64,000 nt of DNA, taken from NCBI GenBank assembly GCA_036501385.1, contig DASYAK010000055.1:6032-70031 (forward strand), written 5' to 3'. A model generated the notes under the pieces. That model ran no database searches. It was not told the origin of the DNA and worked only from the letters and a program-made list of their open reading frames with translations. Positions 1-10,960 of the stretch are shown one piece after another. Made by a program: the position numbers and the translations under genes. The stretch comes from Gemmatimonadales bacterium. GTDB taxonomy: Bacteria; Gemmatimonadota; Gemmatimonadetes; Gemmatimonadales; GWC2-71-9. Numbering within the stretch: position 1 is the first letter of the stretch; every line of letters starts with the position of its first letter.

Positions 1-2
1 AT

Positions 3-1574
<1,572 letters not shown>

Positions 1575-1686
1575 CGTCGAGCCCCTGACGCTGTCTCCGC
1601 TCTCTCCGCCGGTTCTTCGCTTCCCCTTGCCTCACGATGGGACTCGCCGTAGCTTCGCTTCGTGAACCTGTGCGGAGCGAACGACG

Positions 1687-2034
1687 ATGGACAATCTCGA
1701 CGTCAGCCTCACTCGCGGTACGCTCGACTTGCTGATTCTCAAGGCACTGAGCTGGGGTCCGCGCCACGGTTACGACGTGGTCGAATGGATCGAGCATGCG
1801 ACCGGGGCGGCGATGACGATCGGCGAAGGGACTCTCTACCCCGCCCTCCATCGTCTCGAACGCGCCGGCTTTGTCGCCGCCGAGTGGGGGCTGTCGGACA
1901 ACAATCGACAGGCGAAGTTCTACCAGTTGAGCACCACCGGCCGGCGACGGCTGCGCCAGGGGACAACGTCATGGTACGCCTTTGTCGAGGCCGCGGGCCG
2001 GGCGCTCCGCGCCGTCTCGCCGGAAGCCGCCTGA
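1687..2034 (+). CDS. PadR family transcriptional regulator
   Basis: LDLLILKALSWGPRHGYDV...GTLYPALHRLERAGFVAAEWG..NNRQAKFYQLT, a winged-helix PadR signature. ATG at 1687. The stop lies 1 nt before the permease ATG. Confidence 0.9.
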   Translation: MDNLDVSLTRGTLDLLILKALSWGPRHGYDVVEWIEHATGAAMTIGEGTLYPALHRLERAGFVAAEWGLSDNNRQAKFYQLSTTGRRRLRQGTTSWYAFVEAAGRALRAVSPEAA

Positions 2035-2035
2035 C

Positions 2036-4792
2036 ATGCCGATGAAACGTCCTCACCGGGTGTTCCGCCTCGGCGGCCGGCGCCAGGTCGAACGTGACGT
2101 CGATCAGGAAATCTCCTTTCATATCCAGGCTCGCACCCAGAAACTGATCGACGCGGGATGCACTCCGGTCGAAGCGCGGCAGCGGGCGCTCGCGCAATTC
2201 GGTGATCTGCCCGGCGTGCGCAGCGAATGTCTCACGCTCGATCATCAGCGGGAGCGAGCGATGCAATGGTCCGAACTCGCCGGCCACGTGGCCGCAGACG
2301 CGCGCCAAGCCTGGCGGTCGCTGACCCGACAGCCGGGCTTCACCCTCGCGGTGATCCTCATCCTGGCAATCGGGATCGGCGCCAATACGGCGATCTTCAC
2401 GCTGATCGACGGGTTCCTGTTGCGGACGTTACCAGTGCCGCACGCCGAACAACTCGTCACGATCGGCGATCCCGCGGCCGTCGATGACTCGTGGAACGGT
2501 TCGGCGCAGACCGACTACGTGTCCTATCCGGTGTACACCGACATCCGGACCGGCAACCGCACATTGTCCGATGTCTATGCGACCGGTTCTCCCGGTGACC
2601 TCGATGTCGTCTTCGGCGGCAGCGCCGCCGCCGCTTCCGCGCCCGAGCATCCGCGCGGCCGGCTCGTCTCGGAGAATTACTTCTCGGTGCTTCAGGTCGG
2701 TGCTGCCGCCGGGCGGGTGTTCAGCACCGCCGACAACCACGGTCCCGGGAGCGATCCGGTGGCGGTGGTGAGCTACGGCTACTGGCAGCGACGCCTGGCC
2801 GGTGACCGCGCGGTAGTCGGACGCAGCATCGACGTGAACGGGGTGCCGATCACGATCATTGGCGTGGCACCGCGATGGTTCAGTGGCGACATCGTCGGTG
2901 AGGGCACCGACATCTGGCTCCCGATCATGATGCAGCCGGCCCTCGCGCGCGGCGTCAACCGTGTCGACCAGCGGTCCACGTCGTGGCTGCTGATGATGGG
3001 GCGAGTCGCGCCTGGCAGCGCACTGGCGCGCGCGCGTAGCGAGATCGCCACGATCGAGGTGGAGTCGATTCGCTCGCACCTCACCGGCGATCATCTGGCG
3101 CGATTCGACGAAGGGCTGAAGACCGATCCGGTTCGCGTGGAGCCTGGCGCCCGGGGATTCTCGCCCTACCGCTCGACCTTTGCGCCGGCGCTCACGGTGC
3201 TGATGGCGGCGGTCGCGCTGATCGTACTCATCGTCTGTGCTAATGTCGCCAACCTGATGCTGTCGCGCGCGGTGGCGCGCGCCCGCGAAATGACCGTGCG
3301 CATGACGCTGGGGGCGCGCCGCCTCCGACTGATCCAGCAACTGCTGACCGAGAGCGTGGTGCTCGCCGTCCTTGCCGCCATTCCCGGCCTCTTCGCCGCG
3401 TTCTGGGGCAGCCGCCTGTTGCTCACCGCCGCGGCCAGCGGGCCGGACCCGATACCGCTCGACGTGAGGCCGGATCTCCGGGTCCTGGCGTTCACCGCCA
3501 TCGTCACGCTGCTCTCGGCGATGCTGTTCGGGTTGTTGCCCGCGCTGCACGCCACGCGCATCGAACTGGCTGGCGCGTTGCGGACGAGTGGGCGCAATCT
3601 CGCCGGCGGGCGGCATCGTCTCGGACGGTTCGCCGTCGGGAAGGTGCTCGTCGCAGCGCAATGCGCCTTCTCGATGCTGCTGCTCGTCGGCACCGGACTC
3701 CTCCTGCGCAGCATGCAGCGCATCCGCACCGCAGACCTGGGATTCGATCGTGACCGGATGGTGCTGGTGGATGTCTCCACGGCGCGCAGTGGTTACGATA
3801 GCAGCCGCAGGGAGGTGCTGGTGCGCGAGCTCGCCGACCGCGCTCGTCACGTGCCTGGCGTGGCCGCCGTCAGCTATGCAGAGGATGGCACCTTTTCCGG
3901 CGGCCGTTCGGGCGGACACGTGACCGTCGCTGGTTACACGGCACCGGCCGACTCCGATCGCCAGGTGATGTGGGACGCCGTCGGTCCGGACTACTTTCAC
4001 GCCATCGGCGCCCACCTGCTGCGCGGACGCGATTTCGACGAACGCGACTCGAAGACCGGCGCCAAGGTGACGGTGATCAACGAGACGATGACCAGGCGCT
4101 ACTTTGCCGGCCGAGACCCGATCGGTGGACTCGTCACGTACGACAGCTCGACGTACACCGTCATCGGAGAGGTGCGGGACATCCAGGAGTACGATGTTCG
4201 CGCCAAGCCCGAACGGGAGATGTATCTCTCGATCTTCCAGGCGGGCCCGGTGCCGAAGGGTTTCATCCTCCAGGTGCGAGTGTCGGGCGATCCGCGCCGC
4301 GCGGTTGCGCCGTTGCGGACAGCACTGCTGGCGGCAGATCCGACTCTCGCCATGGACGTGCAGACGCTGAACAACCTGGTGCGGGATTCGGTTGCCGAGG
4401 ATCGGCTCCTGGTCCAGGTGACCACATTCTTCGGCCTCGTGGCACTCCTGTTGACGGCAATCGGATTGTACGGCGTGACAGCCTACACTACCAGGCAACG
4501 CACCGCCGAGTTCGGGCTGCGGCTTGCGCTCGGCGCAGAACCGACCAGCCTCACTCGTCTGGTACTGCGTGAAGCTGTCGCACTCGTCGCAATCGGCGTG
4601 GTCGTGGGACTGCCATGCGGGCTCGCCGCGACCCGGCTGCTCCAGCACCAGCTGTTCGGCGTCGCCGCTGCGGATCCGGAGTCGTTCGGTGTGGCCATAA
4701 TGGTCCTGATCGGGACCGCCCTCGTGGCGAGCTATCTGCCGGCGCGCCGCGCGATGCGAGTGACGCCGGTCGAGGCGCTGCGATCAGACTGA
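2036..4792 (+). CDS. ADOP-type duplicated FtsX/MacB-like permease with an N-terminal prefix domain
   Basis: Internal ATG at 2036, right after the PadR stop (2032-2034). Two MacB-periplasmic-domain plus FtsX repeats. The C-terminus is LPARRAMRVTPVEALRSD, typical of the FtsX family. Confidence 0.9.
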   Translation: MPMKRPHRVFRLGGRRQVERDVDQEISFHIQARTQKLIDAGCTPVEARQRALAQFGDLPGVRSECLTLDHQRERAMQWSELAGHVAADARQAWRSLTRQPGFTLAVILILAIGIGANTAIFTLIDGFLLRTLPVPHAEQLVTIGDPAAVDDSWNGSAQTDYVSYPVYTDIRTGNRTLSDVYATGSPGDLDVVFGGSAAAASAPEHPRGRLVSENYFSVLQVGAAAGRVFSTADNHGPGSDPVAVVSYGYWQRRLAGDRAVVGRSIDVNGVPITIIGVAPRWFSGDIVGEGTDIWLPIMMQPALARGVNRVDQRSTSWLLMMGRVAPGSALARARSEIATIEVESIRSHLTGDHLARFDEGLKTDPVRVEPGARGFSPYRSTFAPALTVLMAAVALIVLIVCANVANLMLSRAVARAREMTVRMTLGARRLRLIQQLLTESVVLAVLAAIPGLFAAFWGSRLLLTAAASGPDPIPLDVRPDLRVLAFTAIVTLLSAMLFGLLPALHATRIELAGALRTSGRNLAGGRHRLGRFAVGKVLVAAQCAFSMLLLVGTGLLLRSMQRIRTADLGFDRDRMVLVDVSTARSGYDSSRREVLVRELADRARHVPGVAAVSYAEDGTFSGGRSGGHVTVAGYTAPADSDRQVMWDAVGPDYFHAIGAHLLRGRDFDERDSKTGAKVTVINETMTRRYFAGRDPIGGLVTYDSSTYTVIGEVRDIQEYDVRAKPEREMYLSIFQAGPVPKGFILQVRVSGDPRRAVAPLRTALLAADPTLAMDVQTLNNLVRDSVAEDRLLVQVTTFFGLVALLLTAIGLYGVTAYTTRQRTAEFGLRLALGAEPTSLTRLVLREAVALVAIGVVVGLPCGLAATRLLQHQLFGVAAADPESFGVAIMVLIGTALVASYLPARRAMRVTPVEALRSD

Positions 4793-7048
4793 GCCGCGCA
4801 GCACCTTGTCCGGCGTGATCGGCAGGTCGCGGACGCGGACGCCGGTGGCGTGATAGACCGCGTTCGCGATTGCGGCGTTGGCCCCGGTGATGCCGATTTC
4901 CCCGAGTCCCTTGACGCCGATCGGATTGACAATGCTGTCGGGTTCGTCGATGATCTGGACATCGATGTTGCCCACGTCGGCGTTGACCGGCACGTGATAC
5001 TCGGCGAGATCGGCATTGACGATCCTGCCTGAACGCACGTCGAGCAACGCCTCTTCCGTCAGCGCCATTCCGATCGCCCAGACGATCCCGCCCATCAACT
5101 GACTCGTCGCCGTCTTCCGGTTGAGCGGCCGGGCACCGTAGACGCCGACGACTCTCGAAATCCGTACCTCACCGAGATCGGCATCGACCCGCGCCTCGGC
5201 GAAGACTGCACCGAACGCGTGCGTTGAATACCGATTGCGCGACGGCGGCGGCGTCCAGGTGGCGTTGGCTTCAATCGGACTCGCGCCCTTTCGCGCCAGG
5301 ATCGCCGCGAAGCTGTCGCTCCGCTTGGCGTTTCCCTTAACCGACAGGCCGGCATTTGTCACCACTACGTCGACTGGCGTTGCCTGGTAGAGCGGCGACT
5401 TCTGGTCGGCGATCGCAAGATTGATGAGCTTGTCGCGCAACGCCGTCGCCGCTTCGTACACTGCCGGTCCAGTCGACGCCGCAGTGAGCGATCCGGCGGA
5501 GATCGGGTTGAGCGGAAGATTGGAGTCGCCGATCTTGACCGCCACCTGCGCGGGATCGAGGCCAAGGACCTCGGCCACGATCTGCATCAGGATGGTATAC
5601 GTCCCGGTGCCGAGATCGTGGGTGGCAGCTTCGAGAACCGCGCGAACGCCGTTCCTGGCTGCAGGAAAGAGCGTGCAGCTCGCCGACGCGGGGACCGACC
5701 GTGCCGGATACGTCGCGGTCGCCATTCCCCAGCCCACCAGGTGATTCCCATCGCGCGTCGACCGCGGCGACATCGAGCGCTTGCTCCAGCCGAACCGTTC
5801 CGCCCCGACGCGATAGCACTCCTTGAGCGCCTTGCTCGACCACGCCTGACCGGTCTCGGGATCCTTCTCGGCGTAATCGGTCAGGCGCAGCGCGACTGGA
5901 TCGATTCGCAGCGCGTACGCCAGTTCGTCCATCGCCGATTCGAGCGCGAAGGTGCCGGTGGATTCACCGGGAGCGCGCTGATACGTGGGCACGCCGACAT
6001 TGAGGGCGACGAGTTGCTGTTTGGTGTCGATGGCGGGCGAAGCGTAGAGCATCTTGGTTGGCGCAGTGGCGTTCTCCACCCAGTCTTCCATCACCGCGGT
6101 GGTGGAGATGCACGAATGGCGGATCGCGGTGAGCCGGCCGTCGCGATCGGCGGCGAGGGCGATGTCCTGGATTGTTGCGGGACGACCGCCGACGGGACCG
6201 AACTGCTGGCGGCGCGTACACGACAGCTTGACTGGCCGTCCCAGCTGACGCGCCGCCATCGCCGCAAGGATCAGGTGCGACCAGACCGCGCCCTTGCTGC
6301 CAAACGCCCCGCCAACGAAGTGTGATACCACGCGGACGCGGTCCTGTCCGATCCCGAAGCGCTTGGCGAGCGTGGCTCGCGCTCCCGCGACGTACTGGGT
6401 CGTGTCATAGACCATGAGTTCATCGCCGTTGGTTCCGGCGGTCCAGAATGTGATCGCGCAGTGTGGCTCCATGGAGTTGTGATACTCCATCGGCGTCGTG
6501 TAGCGAGCCGCATGCGTCACCGGCGCGGTGGCGAGTGCGGCGGTGGAATCACCGTGCACGTGCGGAGCCGCGCCACTTCGGCCGCCTTGCGCGGCCGGGT
6601 TGACCGGCGCGGGGTACGCCCTGCCGATCTCGACCGCGAGATCGAGCGCGGGAGTTGCCGGCGCGTACGACACCTCGAGCCGATGCGCCGCGTCGGTGGC
6701 GTGTTCGAAGGTGTCGGCAACGACGACGCCGATCGGCTCGCCGTTGTAATGCACGGCGTCGTCCTGCAGCAGCGACAGTGCGCGGTCCTGGGAACTACGC
6801 CCGCCACCAGGGGGCGTGAGTGACGGGAGCCGCGGCGCGTTCTCGTGCGTCATCACGAGGAGAACACCCGGCAGCGACGCGATCGAGCTCCGGTCGATCC
6901 GCGCGATCCGTCCGCTGGCGATCGATGATGTAACCAGCGCTCCATAGGTCACCCGATCGACCGGCATTTCCGTGGCGTAGAGTGCCGCACCGGTGACCTT
7001 GAGGCGGCCATCGACGCGATCCATCGGACTGCCGATGAGCTCTCTCAT
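4784..7048 (-). CDS. paoC: Xanthine dehydrogenase/aldehyde oxidase family molybdopterin-binding large subunit (PaoC-like)
   Basis: MRELIGSPMDRVDGRLKVTGAALYATE start. Family-typical motifs run throughout. The ATG at 7048 overlaps the upstream stop (ATGA). Confidence 0.9.
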   Translation of the reverse strand: MRELIGSPMDRVDGRLKVTGAALYATEMPVDRVTYGALVTSSIASGRIARIDRSSIASLPGVLLVMTHENAPRLPSLTPPGGGRSSQDRALSLLQDDAVHYNGEPIGVVVADTFEHATDAAHRLEVSYAPATPALDLAVEIGRAYPAPVNPAAQGGRSGAAPHVHGDSTAALATAPVTHAARYTTPMEYHNSMEPHCAITFWTAGTNGDELMVYDTTQYVAGARATLAKRFGIGQDRVRVVSHFVGGAFGSKGAVWSHLILAAMAARQLGRPVKLSCTRRQQFGPVGGRPATIQDIALAADRDGRLTAIRHSCISTTAVMEDWVENATAPTKMLYASPAIDTKQQLVALNVGVPTYQRAPGESTGTFALESAMDELAYALRIDPVALRLTDYAEKDPETGQAWSSKALKECYRVGAERFGWSKRSMSPRSTRDGNHLVGWGMATATYPARSVPASASCTLFPAARNGVRAVLEAATHDLGTGTYTILMQIVAEVLGLDPAQVAVKIGDSNLPLNPISAGSLTAASTGPAVYEAATALRDKLINLAIADQKSPLYQATPVDVVVTNAGLSVKGNAKRSDSFAAILARKGASPIEANATWTPPPSRNRYSTHAFGAVFAEARVDADLGEVRISRVVGVYGARPLNRKTATSQLMGGIVWAIGMALTEEALLDVRSGRIVNADLAEYHVPVNADVGNIDVQIIDEPDSIVNPIGVKGLGEIGITGANAAIANAVYHATGVRVRDLPITPDKVLRGSV

Positions 7049-8043
7049 CCCGCCGCCGCCATCTCCAATGCCCGGACCAGCGTGCGCTGGCCGAGGGTGG
7101 CCTTGAAGGTGTTGCCCGGTTGCGGCGAGGCGTCGGCAAAGGCTGCCTCCGCGGCGTGCTGCCACGTAGCGGATGCAGCGGAAGCGCCGGTCAGCAGCCG
7201 CTCCGCCGCCACGGCGCGCCAGGGCTTGGTGCCGACGCCGCCCAGCGCCACACGCGCAGCGCGAATCTTCCCGGTGGCGATATCGAGACCGACAGCGGCG
7301 GAAGCGAGCGCGAAGGCGAACGACGCGCGATCGCGAACCTTGACGTAAGCACTGTGACGCGCGAAGCGCGGCGGCGGGAGATCGATCGCGATCACTAGTT
7401 CTGCCGGCCGCAGTGTGTTCTCGATTTCCGGGTGATCGCCGGGACGAGTGTGAAACTCTTCGAACGGGATGGTCCGCTCACCGGCGGGACCGCGCACGCG
7501 TATCGTCGCCTCGAGCGCCGCGAGCGCCACGCACATGTCAGACGGGTGCGTGGCGATGCAGTGCGTGGAGGTGCCGAGGATGGCGTGCATCCGGGTGTGG
7601 CCTCCAATGGCGGAGCAGCCGCTGCCAGGCGTGCGCTTGTTGCAGGCGAGCGTGGTGTCGCGGAAGTAATAGCACCGGGTGCGCTGCAGCAGATTGCCGC
7701 CCATCGTCGCCATGTTGCGCACCTGCGGTGACGCGCCGGCTTCGATTGCCGCGGTGAGCATGGGATAGCGGGTGCCCACCAGGGGATGGACTGCGAGCGT
7801 CGTGTTGCCCACCAGTGCGCCAAGGCGCATGCCGCCGTTGGGCAGCGTCGTGATGGCCACGAGCGATGGCTCGCGTCGCGCGAGCGGGGTGATATCGATC
7901 ACGTGCGCGGGTGTCTCGACATCGAGCTTCATCAGGTCGAGGAGCGTAGTGCCGCCCGCGATCACGCGCGCCTTCGGGTCCTGCTGCAACAGGGCGAGTG
8001 CCGCCGGCACGTCGGCCGGCATGCTGAGATCAAATGGCCGCAT
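7045..8043 (-). CDS. paoB: FAD-binding subunit of a xanthine dehydrogenase family enzyme (PaoB-like)
   Basis: MRPFDL..KARVIAGGTTLLDLMKLDVETPAHVIDI...ATMGGNLLQRTRCYYFRD closely matches my memory of E. coli PaoB. ATG at 8043 (an alternative GTG lies at 8067). Confidence 0.88.
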   Translation of the reverse strand: MRPFDLSMPADVPAALALLQQDPKARVIAGGTTLLDLMKLDVETPAHVIDITPLARREPSLVAITTLPNGGMRLGALVGNTTLAVHPLVGTRYPMLTAAIEAGASPQVRNMATMGGNLLQRTRCYYFRDTTLACNKRTPGSGCSAIGGHTRMHAILGTSTHCIATHPSDMCVALAALEATIRVRGPAGERTIPFEEFHTRPGDHPEIENTLRPAELVIAIDLPPPRFARHSAYVKVRDRASFAFALASAAVGLDIATGKIRAARVALGGVGTKPWRAVAAERLLTGASAASATWQHAAEAAFADASPQPGNTFKATLGQRTLVRALEMAAAG

Positions 8044-8656
8044 GACCGGGCTTCCCGTGGCGGACACTCTGGATGGCGCTGACGATGTGGGGATATGCGC
8101 CGCAACGGCAGAGATTGCCGCTCATGCATTCACGGACATCGGCATCGGCGGCACCGCAGTGCTCGTGGAGGAGTGCCACGGCCGACATCACCTGCCCCGG
8201 CGTGCAATAGCCGCACTGGAATGCATCGTATTCGATGAAGGCTGCCTGCATCGGATGCAACGTCTTTCCGGATGCGATCCCCTCGATCGTGGTGATCTTC
8301 TTCCCCTGCTGCAACGTCGCGAGCGCAAGACACGACAGGATGCGGTGACCGTCGACATGCACCGTGCAGGCACCGCACTGCCCATGATCGCACCCCTTCT
8401 TGGTGCCGGTGAGTCCGGCATACTCGCGCAGGGCGTCGAGCAAGGTCACGCGCGGTTCCACGTCGAGCGTCACCCGCTTGCCGTTGACCTGCAGGGTGAT
8501 CGGACGGGCTGCGCCGAGCGGTGGCTCCGGGCTGACGGCATCGGCGGCCCGGGGGTGCAGCGAGAGCGCGCAGGTCACGGCGAGAGTGGCGGCCACGAAG
8601 TCCCTCCGGGAGATGCGCCCTCCGGTTTGTGTCTCATGCCGCGCGAACGCCGCCAT
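8030..8656 (-). CDS. paoA: [2Fe-2S] iron-sulfur subunit with a twin-arginine signal (PaoA-like). It lies in frame with the upstream redoxin-like segment, with no stop between them
   Basis: MAAFARHETQTGGRISRRDFVAATLAV (Tat motif SRRDFV), then GTKKGCDHGQCGACTV and FQCGYCTPGQ...CRCGAY ferredoxin motifs. The internal ATG at 8656 was verified in the sequence. Confidence 0.8.
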   Translation of the reverse strand: MAAFARHETQTGGRISRRDFVAATLAVTCALSLHPRAADAVSPEPPLGAARPITLQVNGKRVTLDVEPRVTLLDALREYAGLTGTKKGCDHGQCGACTVHVDGHRILSCLALATLQQGKKITTIEGIASGKTLHPMQAAFIEYDAFQCGYCTPGQVMSAVALLHEHCGAADADVRECMSGNLCRCGAYPHIVSAIQSVRHGKPGHAAI

Positions 8657-9112
8657 GGCGACGCGCAGGCGGTCTTCGGGCGGGCGCGATCCCGGCGGAC
8701 CGGCGTATCGCCAGCAGATCCGTCCGTCGCGGTCGATCAGGAAGAGTGCTTCGCCATCGTGCACGCCATACTCGGCCGCGACATTGCCGCAGGCGCACAC
8801 CGGAATGCGCACCCGTGACGCGTCATCGGCAAAGGTGAGATCGTACCACGGTCCGTCGATCGCAATGTCGATCAGCCGGGGTTCGGGGAGATTCCACTCG
8901 TCGACCAGCCGGTTGTAGCAGGTCACCTGTTCCGCGTGCGCCGGATTCCATGCCGACGAGAAGACGAGGATGACCTGCTGACCGCGAAGATCGTGCAGCC
9001 AGAGCGGATCCGGGGAATTGCCGACGAGGAAATCGGGAGCCGGGGAACCAGCTGCCAGCGGCTCCGAGGGGTTCGATGCGGACGCATTCGTGGCTGCATG
9101 GCCCCGCGACAT
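8657..9112 (-). CDS. AhpC/TSA (BCP-like) thioredoxin-fold segment, continuous in frame with the PaoA-like subunit. Either a fusion or an upstream ORF lacking a stop
   Basis: AGSPAPDF..LHDLRGQQVILVFSSAWNPAHAEQV...NVAAEYGV...ALFLIDRDGRI matches the Prx/BCP layout by eye. His sits where the peroxidatic Cys is expected. ATG at 9112. Confidence 0.5.
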
Positions 9113-9197
9113 GAATGCGGGGACGTAGGATCGCCAAGGTGCCGCACAAGACACTGAGGAGGACTGCTCTCGTCTCGCTTCTCTCCGTTCTCGTCTT

Positions 9198-9830
9198 TCA
9201 TTTCTCCGGGGCCGACGCCCCGGCCACCAGCGCGTCGTAATCCGCGGGTGTGTCGACGTCGGCGAGGGCTTCGATCGGCCAATCGAAGATGAGCGCCTCG
9301 TGCCGGTGCCGCTGCACCACCTGCTTGCCACATCCTTCGCCGTGCCAGGCGAGGAGTTCGCCGAAGAGCGCTCGGCGGAACATCAATGGCGGAGCCAGGA
9401 CATCGCCGTACCGGGACGCCGCCAATGGCGCGACGTGAGTGCCCGCGGCGGACACCAATGCTGCCAGCATCGTGCTGCTGACAAACGGCATGTCGCCCAG
9501 GAGCAGGAGGGTCGCGTCGACCCCAGCCGGCAGGTTGCCGAGGCCGCGGTGCAACGACGCACTCGTGGGTCCGGTGTAGTCCGGATTGTTGATACAGTTG
9601 CACGGCATCCCGGAGAGTTCCTCAACGACGGCGTCTGCATCCAGTCCGGTCACAACGATGACCGGTGCGCAACCGGCGTCGACGGCACTCCAGACCGCGC
9701 GGCGCACAAGCGATTCACTGCCGAACGGCAGCAGCATCTTGTTGCGTCCCATCCGACGCGACGCGCCAGCTGCCAGGACGATCGCCGCCGGTCCGGCGCC
9801 CGGATCATCGTCCTCGATCGCGTCATTCAC
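9198..9830 (-). CDS. mocA: MobA-like NTP transferase, probably molybdenum cofactor cytidylyltransferase (MocA-like)
   Basis: AAIVLAAGASRRMGRNKMLLPFG...LLLLGDMPFV signature. The GTG at 9830 overlaps the XdhC stop (9823-9825). Confidence 0.8.
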   Translation of the reverse strand: MNDAIEDDDPGAGPAAIVLAAGASRRMGRNKMLLPFGSESLVRRAVWSAVDAGCAPVIVVTGLDADAVVEELSGMPCNCINNPDYTGPTSASLHRGLGNLPAGVDATLLLLGDMPFVSSTMLAALVSAAGTHVAPLAASRYGDVLAPPLMFRRALFGELLAWHGEGCGKQVVQRHRHEALIFDWPIEALADVDTPADYDALVAGASAPEK

Positions 9831-10935
9831 CGGCGACGGGTTGCCAACCCAGCGCGCGTTGATGAATCGGCACGTCGCGTTCACGCAACGACACCGGGCG
9901 CCGCCCGCTCCGCACCGCAAGCAGCTCCGCGACGACGGACAGCGCGACCTGCTCCGCACCCTCGGCGCCGAGGTCGAGTCCCACCGGCCCGTGAACGCGA
10001 TCGATGTCGAACGAGATGTCGGCCGCGATGTGTCGGAGGAGGCGCTCAGTACGCTGGCGCGGACCGAGCACGCCGAGATATGGCGCCGAGGTGGCGAGGA
10101 GTGCCCGCAGGTATTGCTCATCGTCCGCGAAGTTGTGCGTCATGACGACCGCACAGGTCTCGGTTCCGAAGTTCAGGCACGCGGTCAGATCGGCGGCGGA
10201 CGATTCGACGAGCTCGGTCGAATCGGGAAAGCGGTCGGGCGCGAGGAGCCCCGGGCGCCGATCGACGACGACCGTATGGAATCCAGCTTCCACCGCGAAG
10301 CGGGCCAGAGGTCGTGCGTCGTTCCCCGCGCCGATGATTACCAGCTGCGGCGGTGGGCGATAGATGTCGACGAACACGGTCTTCCCGGAGATTTCGCGCA
10401 CCGCCGACGGCAGACCGGCCGCGAGCATCGCGCGCGCTTCCGCCACGATTGTCAGACCCGGCGGCGGCTCCCCGCCCTCGCATCCCAGGGGCGTGACAAT
10501 CAGCCGCTGCAGTGGCGGGCGTGACGACGACGTGCCGATGACAGTACAGACGGCACACGGTACCGTGGCTGTGAGCAGCGCCTGTTCAATGCTGGCGGTG
10601 TCATACGCCGGCTCGACGAAGATCTTCACCTCGCCTTCGCAGCCGAGGCCGAGGTCCCACGCACGGATCTCATCGACACTGGAGCGGTAGGTACGCAACT
10701 GCGGTGTACCCGATGCGATCACTTGAAGGGCGACTTCTCGGACGTCCGATTCGAGGCACCCGCCACTGACATTGCCGACGCTGGCGCCGTCCTCGGCGAC
10801 GGCCATCTTCGCTCCCTCGCGACGATAGACGGAGCCGTGCACGCTGATAATGGTCGCCAGCGCCGCGCGCCGCCGCTCGGCCTCCAGCGTCGAGAGCCAC
10901 TCGAAGACGTGGAGGGATTCGTGCCAGTTCTTCAT
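9823..10935 (-). CDS. XdhC/CoxI family Moco-insertion accessory protein (PaoD-like)
   Basis: AALATIISVHGSVYRREGAKMAV...VIIGAGNDARPLARFAVEAGFHTVVVD, with XdhC N- and Rossmann-like C-domains. ATG at 10935. Confidence 0.9.
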   Translation of the reverse strand: MKNWHESLHVFEWLSTLEAERRRAALATIISVHGSVYRREGAKMAVAEDGASVGNVSGGCLESDVREVALQVIASGTPQLRTYRSSVDEIRAWDLGLGCEGEVKIFVEPAYDTASIEQALLTATVPCAVCTVIGTSSSRPPLQRLIVTPLGCEGGEPPPGLTIVAEARAMLAAGLPSAVREISGKTVFVDIYRPPPQLVIIGAGNDARPLARFAVEAGFHTVVVDRRPGLLAPDRFPDSTELVESSAADLTACLNFGTETCAVVMTHNFADDEQYLRALLATSAPYLGVLGPRQRTERLLRHIAADISFDIDRVHGPVGLDLGAEGAEQVALSVVAELLAVRSGRRPVSLRERDVPIHQRALGWQPVAGE

Positions 10936-10960
10936 GCGAATTGGACGACCGACAGCTACC

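Noticed and set aside
2429-4648. A 739-aa minus-strand ORF. The same reasoning applies to similar long antisense ORFs: 18891-20306 (+), 21211-22455 (-), 37458-39863 (-), 40623-43016 (-, except for its last 57 codons), 52049-53866 (+) and 54689-55783 (-).
   Set aside because: Each mirrors a strongly supported gene on the opposite strand and has an Arg/Gly/His-rich, domain-free translation. These are artefacts of G+C composition.
9113-9331. A 73-codon N-terminal extension of ORF 8030-9331.
   Set aside because: It overlaps the 3' end of the MocA-like gene and is Arg/Ser-rich. The redoxin similarity only begins after the ATG at 9112.
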